DNA of 64,000 bases, from assembly GCA_963845755.1 (NCBI GenBank), contig CAWJTV010000005.1:704001-768000 (forward strand). The letters are read 5' to 3'. The notes below the pieces were generated by a model that worked only from the letters and a program-made list of their open reading frames with translations, made no database searches and was not told the DNA's origin. The position numbers were made by a program, and so were the translations under genes. The stretch's first letter is position 1; the number at the start of each line of letters is the position of its first letter. This document shows positions 21,228 to 31,225 of this stretch, in pieces. Source of the stretch: an uncultured Planctomycetota bacterium (GTDB lineage Bacteria > Planctomycetota > Planctomycetia > Isosphaerales > Isosphaeraceae).

Positions 21228-24138
21228 ATGGAATGGCAGCAACCGGAATGGCTGTACCTGATCTTGCCGCTGGCCGCAACCTGGCTGGCGCTATCACTAT
21301 ACTCCCGTCACAAGCGCCGACGTGCGGCCGAGGCGTTCGTGGCGCAGGCGATGTGGCCGCGGATCCTGCCGGCGGAATCCCCGGCCCGATTCTGGTTCAA
21401 ACTCCTGTTGCGTGAAACGGCCATCGTGACAGGACTCGTCGCCCTCGCCGGTCCGCGGTTCGGGACGCAGTATGAAGACGTCATTCCGCGCGGCAGCGAT
21501 CTCTATGTGCTGATCGACGTCTCGCGGTCGATGCTCGCGCAGGACGTCCCGCCGAGCCGACTCGGGCGCGCCAAGGCCGACGTGGCGGCCCTCGTCAACC
21601 GGCTGGAGGGGGAACGAGTGGGCTTGATCGCCTTCGCGGGGCAGGCGGTGGTGAAGTGTCCCCTCACCGTCGATTACGACGCCTTCCGCCGATCGCTCGA
21701 CGAGCTGGAACCGGGGAGCGCGCCACGCGGCGGCACCGCCATCGGCGACGCGGTTCGAAAGGCCCTCGAGGTTTTTCAGGCCCGATCCAACCGCGACCAG
21801 GCCATCCTGCTGATCACCGACGGCGACGACCAGCAGTCGTATCCCCTTGAGGCGGCAGCGGTCGCCGCCGAGCGCCATGTCACGATCTTCACCGTCGGCC
21901 TCGGGGACGCCGATCATGGCGCAGCGGATTCCGCAAGGGGCAGAGTCCAAGACGTACGTCGAGTACCAGGGACAGCAGGTGTGGAGCAAACTGGACGGCT
22001 CGCTCCTCAAGGAGATCGCGCTCAAGACGTCCGGTGTCTATGTCCCCGTGGGAACCCGCGCCTACGATCTGGGGGAACTGTATGCCAAGTACCTTCAGGG
22101 GCGGCGCGGCAGCGAGGAACAAAGCGGCAAACGGATTCGACCGGCGGACCAGTTCCAGGTCTTCCTCGCAATGGCGCTCCTGGCCCTGCTGGCTGATGCC
22201 TTCTTGCGTCCCTACCGCCGCGCCGGCGCATCTCTGGAGGCAGGGCTCGACTCAAGAGCCGGCGCTCGGGGAAATGCCGGCGCCCGTGTCCGTCCTCCAG
22301 CCCTGCCGGTATCGACAGCTTTGGTTCTTTTCGCGTCGCTGCCTGGAATCGGCCGGGCCGACAATCCGGCGGAAGCGGTTCGCGACGGATTGCGCTGGTA
22401 TGGCCAGGGTGAGTTCGAAAAGGCGCGTGAACGGTTTGCTGCTGCCCGCGAGGAACTCGACAAGGCAGATGCCGACAAGGCCGCGATCGCCGCGTTCGAC
22501 CAGGCCTGCGCCGCACATCGCAAGGGTGACGTGGGGCAAGCCCGCGAATGGTATCTGAAGGCGGGACTTGCACCCGATAAGCAACTGGCGGCCTCGGCTC
22601 ACTTCAATCTCGGTTCACTGTCAGCGGAGGAAGCCAGACGACTGGCGGGTGAGCATCCCGAACTCGTGGCCCCCGACAAGCGACAGGAGATTCTCGATCA
22701 GTTGAAGGCGGCGGTCGCTTCGTTCCGTCATTGCCTCGACTTGCAGCCGGACAATTCCCACGCCCGACGAGACATCGAGCTCGTTCGACAGTGGCTCAAG
22801 TATTACACGGACAGGTGGCTCACACAGGATCGCGAGAAACGACGCAAGGAAACGAACCTGGTCGCATTCCTGGAGTTCCTGATCGAGACTCAGAGAGCCT
22901 TGCGAGAATCGGTCAAAGTCCTTGGCGCGACCGCTCCAGCGGATGCTTACGCCGAGCCGAAACGACTTCAAGATGAGCTCCTCGAGGAGATCACTCCGCT
23001 GAAGGAGAAGATCCAGGCGGAGCTGACTCCCAACCCATCCGGGAGCGGAAGCACTCCACCAGCCAACCCCGGTGAACTTCAACAAGGAATCGCGATGTTA
23101 CAGGGCTGGGCGAGCACCGTCGGTGAGAAGATGGGCTCCGCCTCGCATCACCTTGACGGCCGACAGGCGGGACCGGCGGCCGTGGACCAGCAATCCGCGA
23201 TCGACGAGCTGGAGAAGATCTGGGAGGCCGTGATCCCATTTCATGCCTTGCTCGCTCGTGATCTCGCAGACCAGACGCTTATCGCCCGATCCCTCGCACC
23301 GGATGCTTCCGCCACTCCGAAACCAGGGACTGAGCAGTCTTCCAGCAGCCCGGATCCGAATCGAATGGGTGCCCGATCCGCGTCGCAGGGCCCGTTGTCG
23401 GCGACCAGTCCTTCCGAGTCGCTCGGGACTCAGAGCGAAGACCTGGCACCTGTCACGGACAGCCAGGAACGAACGCTCCGCCGGACCAAACCGCTCAAGA
23501 TCAAGGCCGAGGCCGAGTTGGCTCGAATGGAAGCGCAGCGAACGCCTGCTCCCGTGCCGAAGAAAGATGATCCAACCTCCGGAAAAGACGCGTCCCAGGA
23601 TGGTTCGGCTACTAAGCCCAGGCCCGTCGATCCCAAGCTGATCAAGGCCGGTTATCAAAAGGCGATCGAATTGGCTCCTAAGGCCGTCTCGCAGATGGAA
23701 CAAGCGGTTAGATTGCTCAAACAGAAGAATCCTCAATCGGCCTACGCGCCGGCCGAGGAGGCGCGTAAGATTCTCGAAGAGCTTCAGAAGGCGCAACCCC
23801 GGAACGACCAGCCGGATCAGAAACCCGAGGATCAGAAAAAGAAGAACGAGGACCAGCAGAAAAAGGATAAGAAGGATCAACAAGACAAGGACCAGCAGAA
23901 GAAGGATCAGGAAAAGCAAGAGCCGCAGAAGAAGGATCAAGAACAGAAGAAGCAAGAGGAATCCAAGAAGTCCGACGAACCGAAAACGGAGAAGCCAGAG
24001 TCGCAGCCTAAGGTCTCGCGCGATCGGATCGAAGAGGCCCTGCGCAAGGTCCGCGAACGGCAAGAGGAGAAGCGCGAACGAGACCGCAAGATGAAGGCCC
24101 GCATCCTCGGCAGGGTTCCAGTGGAGAAAGATTGGTGA
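21228..24138 (+). CDS. BatB (VWA) - BatC (TPR, Q/K-rich tail) fusion, frameshift near 21920
   Basis: DVSRSM, CPLTVD, GGTAIG, LITDG; then TPR-like AHFNLG, a Q/K/D/E-rich tail and C-terminal VEKDW. Confidence 0.8.
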
Positions 24139-26059
24139 TGCGACTGACCAGCCGTACGATCACCGGCCTACCGGCGTGGCGCTCTGCCTCATGGCCGCGA
24201 TCGCTGGCGCTGACGAACCGGAGATCGTGGTCGAGGCGAGTGCCGGCGAGATCTTCATCGGCGAAAGCGTCAACTACGTCGTCGAGATTCGCAACGTGAA
24301 GAGTCCGTCGAGCCCGGACCTATCCGCCCTTCGCCAGGATTTCGACGTCGTCTCCAATGGAGACGAGTCGCATAATCAATCGTCCACGTTCATTATAGGA
24401 GGCAGGGTCACCCAGCAGAACACGTTTGGTCACGCCTATCGGTTCCGTCTGACACCCAAGCGAACGGGCCGATTGGTGATTCCGTCGCCGTCCGCGACGA
24501 TCGAAGACAAGACCGTGGCGGGTCACACATTGACTTTGAACGTCATCGCGCCCGAGCCGCAAGACCTTGTCGTGCCCGAGATGAAGGGCGACCGCGAAAA
24601 GGTCTATCCCACGCAGCCGTTCGAGGTGACTCTCCGCGTGCTTGTCCGCCCCTTGCCGGACGATCCCGCTCGTGACCCCCTGGTCCCACTTCGCCGCCGC
24701 CCTCCACACCTCGATGTCAACTGGGTTGATCTGCCAGGCGGATTATCCGGCGAGGACAAAGGGCGATGGCTCCAGAAGCTGCTGTCTGAAGACGGTAGCG
24801 GGTTCACGATCAACGACGTCACGATGAGAAGCAGTGCGTTCTCCTTGTTCGAAGGTCCTCGGGCGGCGGTCTTCAACCTTTACAAAGGACGCGAAAGTCG
24901 GAAGGGGCTTGATGGTCGGCCGGTCAATTACTTCGTGTACGAGCTCCAGCGCAAGCTCACGGCCGAGAAGTCTGGGACCTACTCACTCGGTCCGGTCGTC
25001 GTGAAAGGGTCTTTCGTGGAAAGGGCGGAGGGGAACGGTTATTCCGGCCGTCGGGTTGTCGCGATCGCTCCGTCAGTAGCCGTAGTCGTGCGCGAAGTCC
25101 CGGTCCCGCGACCCGCGACATTCTGCGGCGGTATCGGGGGTTACCGTCTGGCGGCCTCCGCCAGTCCCAAGTCACTCCGAGTCGGTGATCCGCTGACCTT
25201 GACCCTGGACATCGAACGCGGGACAGGCAGCGGATCGCTGGACCTGATCTCGGCGCCGGATCTCACGGCAAATCCTCGGATCGCCGCTGATTTCGAGATT
25301 CTGGACAAGAGTCCCACGGGACGCAGTGCGGGTGAAGCGAAGCGATTCGAGTATGCCTTGCGACCGAAGCGGGCCGGAGTGGAGATTCCTGCGCTGGCAA
25401 TCACGGTCTTTAATCCCGATACCGAATCGTTTTCGGAACTCGAGACCACTCCAATCGCCCTGGACGTATCGTCCTCAAGTCGTCTGGATGCAGGCGACCT
25501 TGTCGGGTCGCTCGCCGCAACCGGGACCCCGGAGATCAAATCGCGGGCACAGGGAATCTTTCAAAACGTGACGGATCCGTCGGAGCTGAACGATCAGCGA
25601 GTAAACGTCGTCGCGCTGGCCGAATTGACAGCCGGTTTGTGGTGCGGAGTGGGATGCCTGATCGCCGTGCTCACGGCCTATCGCCGCAAGTCGGGAGACG
25701 CGATCTGGCAACGAAGACGTCAGGCACGACGAACGGCCGCACGCAAGTTGGCTGAGGCACGCACAGTCCTCGTTGCGGGTCGGCCGAGGGACGCACTCCG
25801 AGCGATTCGATCGGCCATCGTCGGACTGATCGCCGACATGCGGAACATCGTCGGCGAAGGGCTGACGGCCTCGGAAGCCGACGCGACCCTCGCCCAGACG
25901 GCGGTTCCCGCCGTCGAGCGAGAGGACGTGCGGCAATTGCTGGATGCCATCGAATCGGCGGAGTACGGGTCGGGAATGGTCTCTGAGGTCGAGGCGCTGC
26001 TCGAAGTGGCGGAGGGACTCATCCCTCGCCTTTCGCGCCACCTGGAACGGGGGTCGTGA
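24138..26059 (+). CDS. batD: BatD family protein (probable frameshift in signal peptide)
   Basis: ATG overlaps the upstream TGA; LTPKRTG, VGDPLTLTL, VFNP motifs, C-terminal TM. Confidence 0.8.
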
Positions 26060-26062
26060 GCG

Positions 26063-26830
26063 TTGTATAGGATCGCCCCGTTTTTGATCTTACTGATCCA
26101 CGTCCTGTCGGCACAGGCTTTCGCAGTGGAAGCCGGAGCGCGCCAACGCTCGTTCCTCCGCGCACTCGAGATCTTCGATGCGGCGAAGACTCCGGCGGAC
26201 TACCGCGAGTCGGCGGCCGTTTTGGAGTCCCTGCTCGTCGATGGCTTCCGCAACGGAGCCGTCTACTACAACCTGGGGAATGCCTACTATCGTGCGGGAG
26301 ATTACGGCCGGTCGATCGCCGCGTACCGCAAGGCCAAGCCGTATCGCCCGCGCGATCCCTATCTCGAGGCGAATCTCCATCAGGCGCTCTCGGTCGCACC
26401 CGGCCGATTGCCCGAATCGCCGCCGCCTTGGTGGAAGCACGTGCTGTTCTGGAGCGGCTGGTTGTCGCTCCCCGAGAAAGTCTATATGGCTTTCGGAGGC
26501 TTCGTGCTGGCAGCCCTCACCACCTGCGCGACCCTGTTTCTTCGACGGCCGCGCGCGTACTGGATGAGCGCAAGTCTCCTGATCATCGCCGCCGTGTTGA
26601 GCCTCGATGCCGGTCTGGCCTATACCGACGTTGTCTGGTCGCGGAATGGCGTCGTCACCCACGAAACGATCGCCCGCAAGGGGATCGGCAAGGACTACGA
26701 ACCGGCCTTCAGCCAGCCGCTCAAAGACGGCGCCGAATTCACGGTCCTCTCCGTAAACGGGGACTGGGTTTTCGGCCATTTCGAAGGCATCGGTGACGGC
26801 TGGCTGCGCCGCGAGCACATCGTACTCTGA
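26063..26830 (+). CDS. batE: BatE-like TPR plus SH3b protein
   Basis: YYNLGNAYYRAG, two TM segments, C-terminal GAEF..W..GWL. Confidence 0.8.
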   Translation: MYRIAPFLILLIHVLSAQAFAVEAGARQRSFLRALEIFDAAKTPADYRESAAVLESLLVDGFRNGAVYYNLGNAYYRAGDYGRSIAAYRKAKPYRPRDPYLEANLHQALSVAPGRLPESPPPWWKHVLFWSGWLSLPEKVYMAFGGFVLAALTTCATLFLRRPRAYWMSASLLIIAAVLSLDAGLAYTDVVWSRNGVVTHETIARKGIGKDYEPAFSQPLKDGAEFTVLSVNGDWVFGHFEGIGDGWLRREHIVL

Positions 26831-26854
26831 CGCTCCCTCATCCTGGCCAGCACG

Positions 26855-27103
26855 TCACGTAGGATCGACGGCTCGCAGGCCCGGCGCAAGGTCGCGGGAA
26901 TCCGCCGTAGTTCCCAACGAATCGACATTCGAGTCGTCCGATCGGGCAGTGGACCGCGGAGCGCATGGTTTTCGCATCAAGCGGCAGGTAACCTTGCGGA
27001 TCTTCCACTTCATGTAAGTGCAGAATTCCAAGAAGTAGAACATGAACATTCGATACAGGCCCTTGATAGAAGCCGTCGCGGGCACGACCTTCTCGGTACT
27101 CAC
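26855..27103 (-). CDS. Small hypothetical protein
   Basis: 82-aa ORF downstream of the topoisomerase gene; no recognised motif. Confidence 0.3.
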   Translation of the reverse strand: MSTEKVVPATASIKGLYRMFMFYFLEFCTYMKWKIRKVTCRLMRKPCAPRSTARSDDSNVDSLGTTADSRDLAPGLRAVDPT

Positions 27104-27159
27104 TCATGTGCAATCCGGAACGGCCAGGCTGTAGCGGCCCCGATGATCCCGAAACGAAA

Positions 27160-28278
27160 TCATCCGGTACGCCGGCTCGACCGAGTCCGGTCCTCGCGGG
27201 CGAGCCGATTCTGCAGCAAGGCGAGGACGGCGGCTTCCTCGGGCTTGAGATCGCCAAGGGATTCTTCCATCTCCAGATCCGCCCGCTGGCGCAGCGCTTC
27301 GACCATCGAACCGTCGTGATAGGCATCCAGCAGCGCGGGGTGGATATAGCACTTGCGGCAAACCGTTGGGGTGTTACCCAGGCGCTCCGCGACCCGTTCG
27401 ATGGCCCGCACTACGTTCTTCTTGGCCTGGGCTTTCGAGTCAAACGACTCGAACTCCTGCAGCGCCATGGCTGCCAGGACCGTCCCAGCCCACGTGCGAA
27501 AATCCTTGGCGGTAAACTCACTGCCCGTGATCTCGCGGATGTAATCGTTCACGTCGGCCGAGTCAACGTCATGAATCTCGTCGTCGGCGTCTACGTACTG
27601 GAACAGCTCCTGGCCTGGCAGCTCCTGGCAGCGACGGACGATACGGGCCAGCCGTCGATCATGTAGGTCGATCGTGTGGTGAATGCCGCTCTTACCCCGG
27701 AACTGAAACTCAATCGAGGCCTCCTTGAGGACGACATGCTTGTCGCGCATGGTGGTCAGTCCGAAGGAATCATTCTCCCTGGCGTACTCATCGTTGCCGA
27801 CGCGGATGAGCGATCGTTCCAGGAGTTGGACTACCGCGGCGAGTACCTTGCGCCGGGGTAGGCCCGGCAATCTCAGGTCATGCCCGATGTGAGCACGGAC
27901 CTTGGGCAAACTCCTGCCGAACGCCATCATCCGATCGTATTTGGCGGAATCGCGAACCTCCCGCCATCGGGCGTGGTATCGGTATTGTTTGCGCCCTTTC
28001 TCATCACGACCCGTGGCCTGAAGATGCCCCCGTGGCGACGGACAGATCCAGACCTCCTCCCACGCTGGCGGGATAGCGATTCTTTTGATCCTGCCAAGCG
28101 TCTCTTGATCACGGATCGGCTGGCCATCGGGACCGAGATATTGGAACCCCTTACCGGCGCGTCGGCGCTCTATACCGGGACGTTGGTCGGTCGTATAGCG
28201 CAACCCCGCTGCCTTCGCCGCGAGGGCCGGATCGGTCGGGCTGGCAGGGTGTGATCGACGAACGATCATTTTGCTCAT
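27160..28278 (-). CDS. Bacterial DNA topoisomerase IB
   Basis: IPPAW, ATGRDEKGRKQYRY, IRVGN, FRGKSG, KDFRTW, LGNTP (Asn in place of His as in bacterial TopIB), CYIHP (catalytic Tyr). Confidence 0.95.
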   Translation of the reverse strand: MSKMIVRRSHPASPTDPALAAKAAGLRYTTDQRPGIERRRAGKGFQYLGPDGQPIRDQETLGRIKRIAIPPAWEEVWICPSPRGHLQATGRDEKGRKQYRYHARWREVRDSAKYDRMMAFGRSLPKVRAHIGHDLRLPGLPRRKVLAAVVQLLERSLIRVGNDEYARENDSFGLTTMRDKHVVLKEASIEFQFRGKSGIHHTIDLHDRRLARIVRRCQELPGQELFQYVDADDEIHDVDSADVNDYIREITGSEFTAKDFRTWAGTVLAAMALQEFESFDSKAQAKKNVVRAIERVAERLGNTPTVCRKCYIHPALLDAYHDGSMVEALRQRADLEMEESLGDLKPEEAAVLALLQNRLAREDRTRSSRRTG

Positions 28279-28785
28279 GCATCCTCTGATGATGCAATCG
28301 CGATGCCAGTAATCGTAGGCCGGTCGTATCGCAGGTTGATCGGCTTGATATCATGGGCTCTCGATCAGAGATCATCGAGATGATGTCGCCTTGTCGCTTT
28401 CTCGTCCCATTCGCGTCCCCCGACAAGCCGACGACCGAGACGCGTGCCGTGCTGCCGAATCGCCAAGAAAACTTGTCGTTCCACCAATGATCCCTCAGAG
28501 AGGATCGATCTTACCTCGACTTGACGTGGCCGGCGACGCCCGTGGCACCGTGACCTATCCGGCCATGCGACGGTCGGTCCGCCTTCGCTATAGCCGTCGG
28601 AACGTCACCTTCGAGAGACGCGCGTACAGGTCGCCACTTTCGAACCGATCCAGACGGTTGCCCCGAACTGAGGCTGTGAATGTGTACGGCAAGACAGGAG
28701 GAGTGCCGATTTGTGAGGAGGTTTTTGGTCGAACTTCCGGCCGTAGGAAGGCACATTAAGTCGCGTTCGGAGAAGGATTTGGGGA

Positions 28786-28830
28786 AAATCGGGGCGACAG
28801 GATTTGAACCTGCGACCTCACGGACCCGAA
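28786..28830 (-). repeat. att-like duplicate of the tRNA-Pro 3' half
   Basis: AAATCGGGGCGACAGGATTTGAACCTGCGACCTCACGGACCCGAA, exact match to 31095-31139. Confidence 0.95.
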
Positions 28831-29169
28831 TGGAGGCGCTCGTCGTTGCCTGAAGTCATTGCCTGGAATGGGTTTAAACTCCGCCCTACGGCCGCAAGTG
28901 GTTTCCAGGAGTTCTAACGGTTTCCGAGGGTTTTCTATGGTTTACTGCCGTTTCGCTGCCGCGGCAGTGAAACTCTTCTCCCGGGCCGATGACCGGGTCG
29001 CCAAAGCAGTCCGACGAATTCAATATCAGTCCGAATTTCCCGAATTGGTGGTGTCAGCGGATTAGGCCTAGCCGTCCGGAAAGGCGGTGAGATTATGAAG
29101 TCGCGTAGTGGGTTTCTGTAGAGACCACTCCTTGGAGCACCGACTCCTCTTGCCTGATGAGGAACTTTC

Positions 29170-30711
29170 GTGGATACCCCGATCAAGTCGGAACAGCCAA
29201 GGGTTCTGATCGTTGGCGCAGGTCCCACTGGCCTCACCCTAGCTTGCGACTTGGCGAGGCAGCGCATCCCACTCCGGATTGTGGATTCAGCCCCCGAACC
29301 GTTCATGGGGTCGCGGGCGAAAGGCCTGCAACCGCGTACGCTGGAAGTGTTCGAGGATTTAGGCATACTCGAAAATGTCCTGGCTTGTGGCGGTGACTAT
29401 CCCCGGTTTTGCACCCACGTTGGGCCTTTCTCGGTGCGAGGAGGTGGATTGAACCGAATCGTCGCACCGAGTCCAGCGGTCCCATACCCAAATCTCTGGA
29501 TGCTGCCACAATGGCGCACGTGCGAGCTGCTTCGTGAACGTTTGGCACAATTGGGATTTCGCGTCGAGCATGGTGTGGCTCTCCACTGTTTCGAGCAGGA
29601 TGATCGCTGCGTCACCGCGACCGTGCTCGGTCCGACCGGCGAAGAGCAAATCCGAAGCGAGTTTCTCGTGGGGTGTGACGGGGGGCACAGCCTCGTTCGC
29701 AAGACGCTCGAGATTCCACTCGTCGGGGACGACCTGGAAGGACCTCCGGCTGTCATGGCCGACGTAGAGAATGAGGAGTTGGATCGGACGCACTGGCACA
29801 CTTGGCCGTTCGCCAAGAATTGCCTCCTGACGCTCTGTCCTCTTCCAAGCACTTCCTCCTTCCAACTCGCGGCGCCTCTGCGCTCGGGTGTCGAACCGCC
29901 GGAGCTGACCGAAGCCGGCATTCGTCGTTTCATCGATGGCGCTCTCGTCACGGGTAAGCTCCGCGTCGGACGGGTTCAATGGGTGGGACTGTATCGATCC
30001 GTGCACGCACGTATGGTGGAACGCTACCGTGTGGGGCGAGCTTTCCTGGCCGGTGACGCAGCACATGTGCACCCACCCTCCGGTGGCCAAGGGCTCAACA
30101 CTGGAGCTCAGGATGCTTACAACCTGGGCTGGAAACTCGCCAGCGTCCTGGGCGGTGCCTCGGATTCTCTGCTGGATACCTATGAAGCGGAACGGCGTCC
30201 CATCGCGGCGTCGGTGCTCGGCCTGAGTAAGAAACTCTTTCTCAAACGGAGTCTTCGCAGGGGTAAGGAGACCCACCAACTCGATCTCCACTACCGCGGC
30301 GGTGCACTGGCGACCGATACTCGCGCACGACCCGGCCGAGTGTGTGCTGGTGATCGTGCTCCGGATGCTCGAGGACAGGATTTCGCTGCTCAGCCACGCC
30401 GCCTGTTCGAGATGTTTAGAGGAGTGCACTGGACGCTCCTATGCTTCGGCGGAGCTCAAGATGCCGCGCTCGCTAAATTCCGTGACCGGTGGACACCGCT
30501 CATCCTCATGGTTGGAGTGCTGGGGCAACCGGAAAACGCCGGAGCGGACGATTTCGTGGACGTGCATGGATACGCCCGCGGGAATTACGACGTGCATTCG
30601 AATGCATTGGTGTTGGTGCGTCCGGACGGATACGTGGCGTACTTCTCTGAACGGGAATCGTGGCCCGAACTTGAAGCTTATCTGATGCGCGTACTCTGCG
30701 CTAGAAACTAA
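29170..30711 (+). CDS. FAD-dependent monooxygenase (PheA/TfdB, FAD_binding_3 family)
   Basis: GAGPTG, GCDGGHS, LAGDAAHVHPPSGGQGLN, C-terminal LVRPDGYV. Confidence 0.92.
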   Translation: MDTPIKSEQPRVLIVGAGPTGLTLACDLARQRIPLRIVDSAPEPFMGSRAKGLQPRTLEVFEDLGILENVLACGGDYPRFCTHVGPFSVRGGGLNRIVAPSPAVPYPNLWMLPQWRTCELLRERLAQLGFRVEHGVALHCFEQDDRCVTATVLGPTGEEQIRSEFLVGCDGGHSLVRKTLEIPLVGDDLEGPPAVMADVENEELDRTHWHTWPFAKNCLLTLCPLPSTSSFQLAAPLRSGVEPPELTEAGIRRFIDGALVTGKLRVGRVQWVGLYRSVHARMVERYRVGRAFLAGDAAHVHPPSGGQGLNTGAQDAYNLGWKLASVLGGASDSLLDTYEAERRPIAASVLGLSKKLFLKRSLRRGKETHQLDLHYRGGALATDTRARPGRVCAGDRAPDARGQDFAAQPRRLFEMFRGVHWTLLCFGGAQDAALAKFRDRWTPLILMVGVLGQPENAGADDFVDVHGYARGNYDVHSNALVLVRPDGYVAYFSERESWPELEAYLMRVLCARN

Positions 30712-30924
30712 TCCTCTTCCCTCCCTGCTCGAACGATGGGCGTCTGGAACCCCCTGACCGAACCGCGGGGTTCGATCGGTCCAATGCGCCGCCGTGCTGA
30801 TTTATGGCTGTTGATCGCTATCGCTTGTTCAAGGTGTTCATGGCTGTTCTTGGTCGAATTCTGCTTTGCTCATGTCTGCCTCGATCTTCGTGGGCACATC
30901 GACGTTGTGCCGTCCTGTCAACCA

Positions 30925-31097
30925 GGGCGACAGGAGTTGAAGCTGCGACCTCACGGCCCTCGACCGTGCGCTCCTACTCTCGGAAATGCCTGGAGCTTAA
31001 CGAGTTACGCCGATAACATAGGATGTGGCAGGGTCGCCTCGCGAACCCGGACCGTGCGCTCGTGTCGTCGCAACTGCTTGTCAGACAGCGAGTTAAA
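30925..31097 (-). repeat. Degenerate 88-bp tandem repeats containing tRNA-Pro fragments
   Basis: ACCGTGC at 30963, 31051 and 31139; GGGCGACAGG at 30925 and 31101; CGAGTTA at 31001 and 31089; ungapped alignment. Confidence 0.8.
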
Positions 31098-31173
31098 TCG
31101 GGGCGACAGGATTTGAACCTGCGACCTCACGGACCCGAACCGTGCCGTCTCAGCCAGGCTGAGCTACGCCCCG
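31098..31173 (-). tRNA. tRNA-Pro (anticodon CGG)
   Basis: CGGGGCG/CGCCCCG acceptor stem, CACGG-TTCGGGT-CCGTG anticodon arm, GGTTCAAATCC T arm; D-arm 3' strand looks garbled; CCA not encoded. Confidence 0.92.
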
Positions 31174-31225
31174 CGTTGGGATGGACCATTCGATCTTAGC
31201 GAACTGGCGGGTTCTGTCAATTGCA

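Larger units (their letters stand above)
28786..31139. mobile_element. tRNA-Pro-anchored genomic islet bounded by a 45-bp perfect direct repeat; no integrase
   Basis: 28786-28830 is identical to 31095-31139 (3' half of tRNA-Pro plus 3 nt); cargo is one monooxygenase gene. Confidence 0.7.

Noticed and set aside
23800..24010. A-rich repetitive DNA
   Set aside because: It encodes the Q/K/D/E-rich BatC tail.
30925..31139. 88-bp array as a CRISPR
   Set aside because: Repeats derive from tRNA, the spacers resemble each other, and no cas genes are present.
31141..31160. Abnormal D-arm of tRNA-Pro as a novel tRNA structure
   Set aside because: Both degenerate copies preserve the canonical GAGCGCACGG, so the garbled GAGACGGCACGG is most likely a sequencing error.
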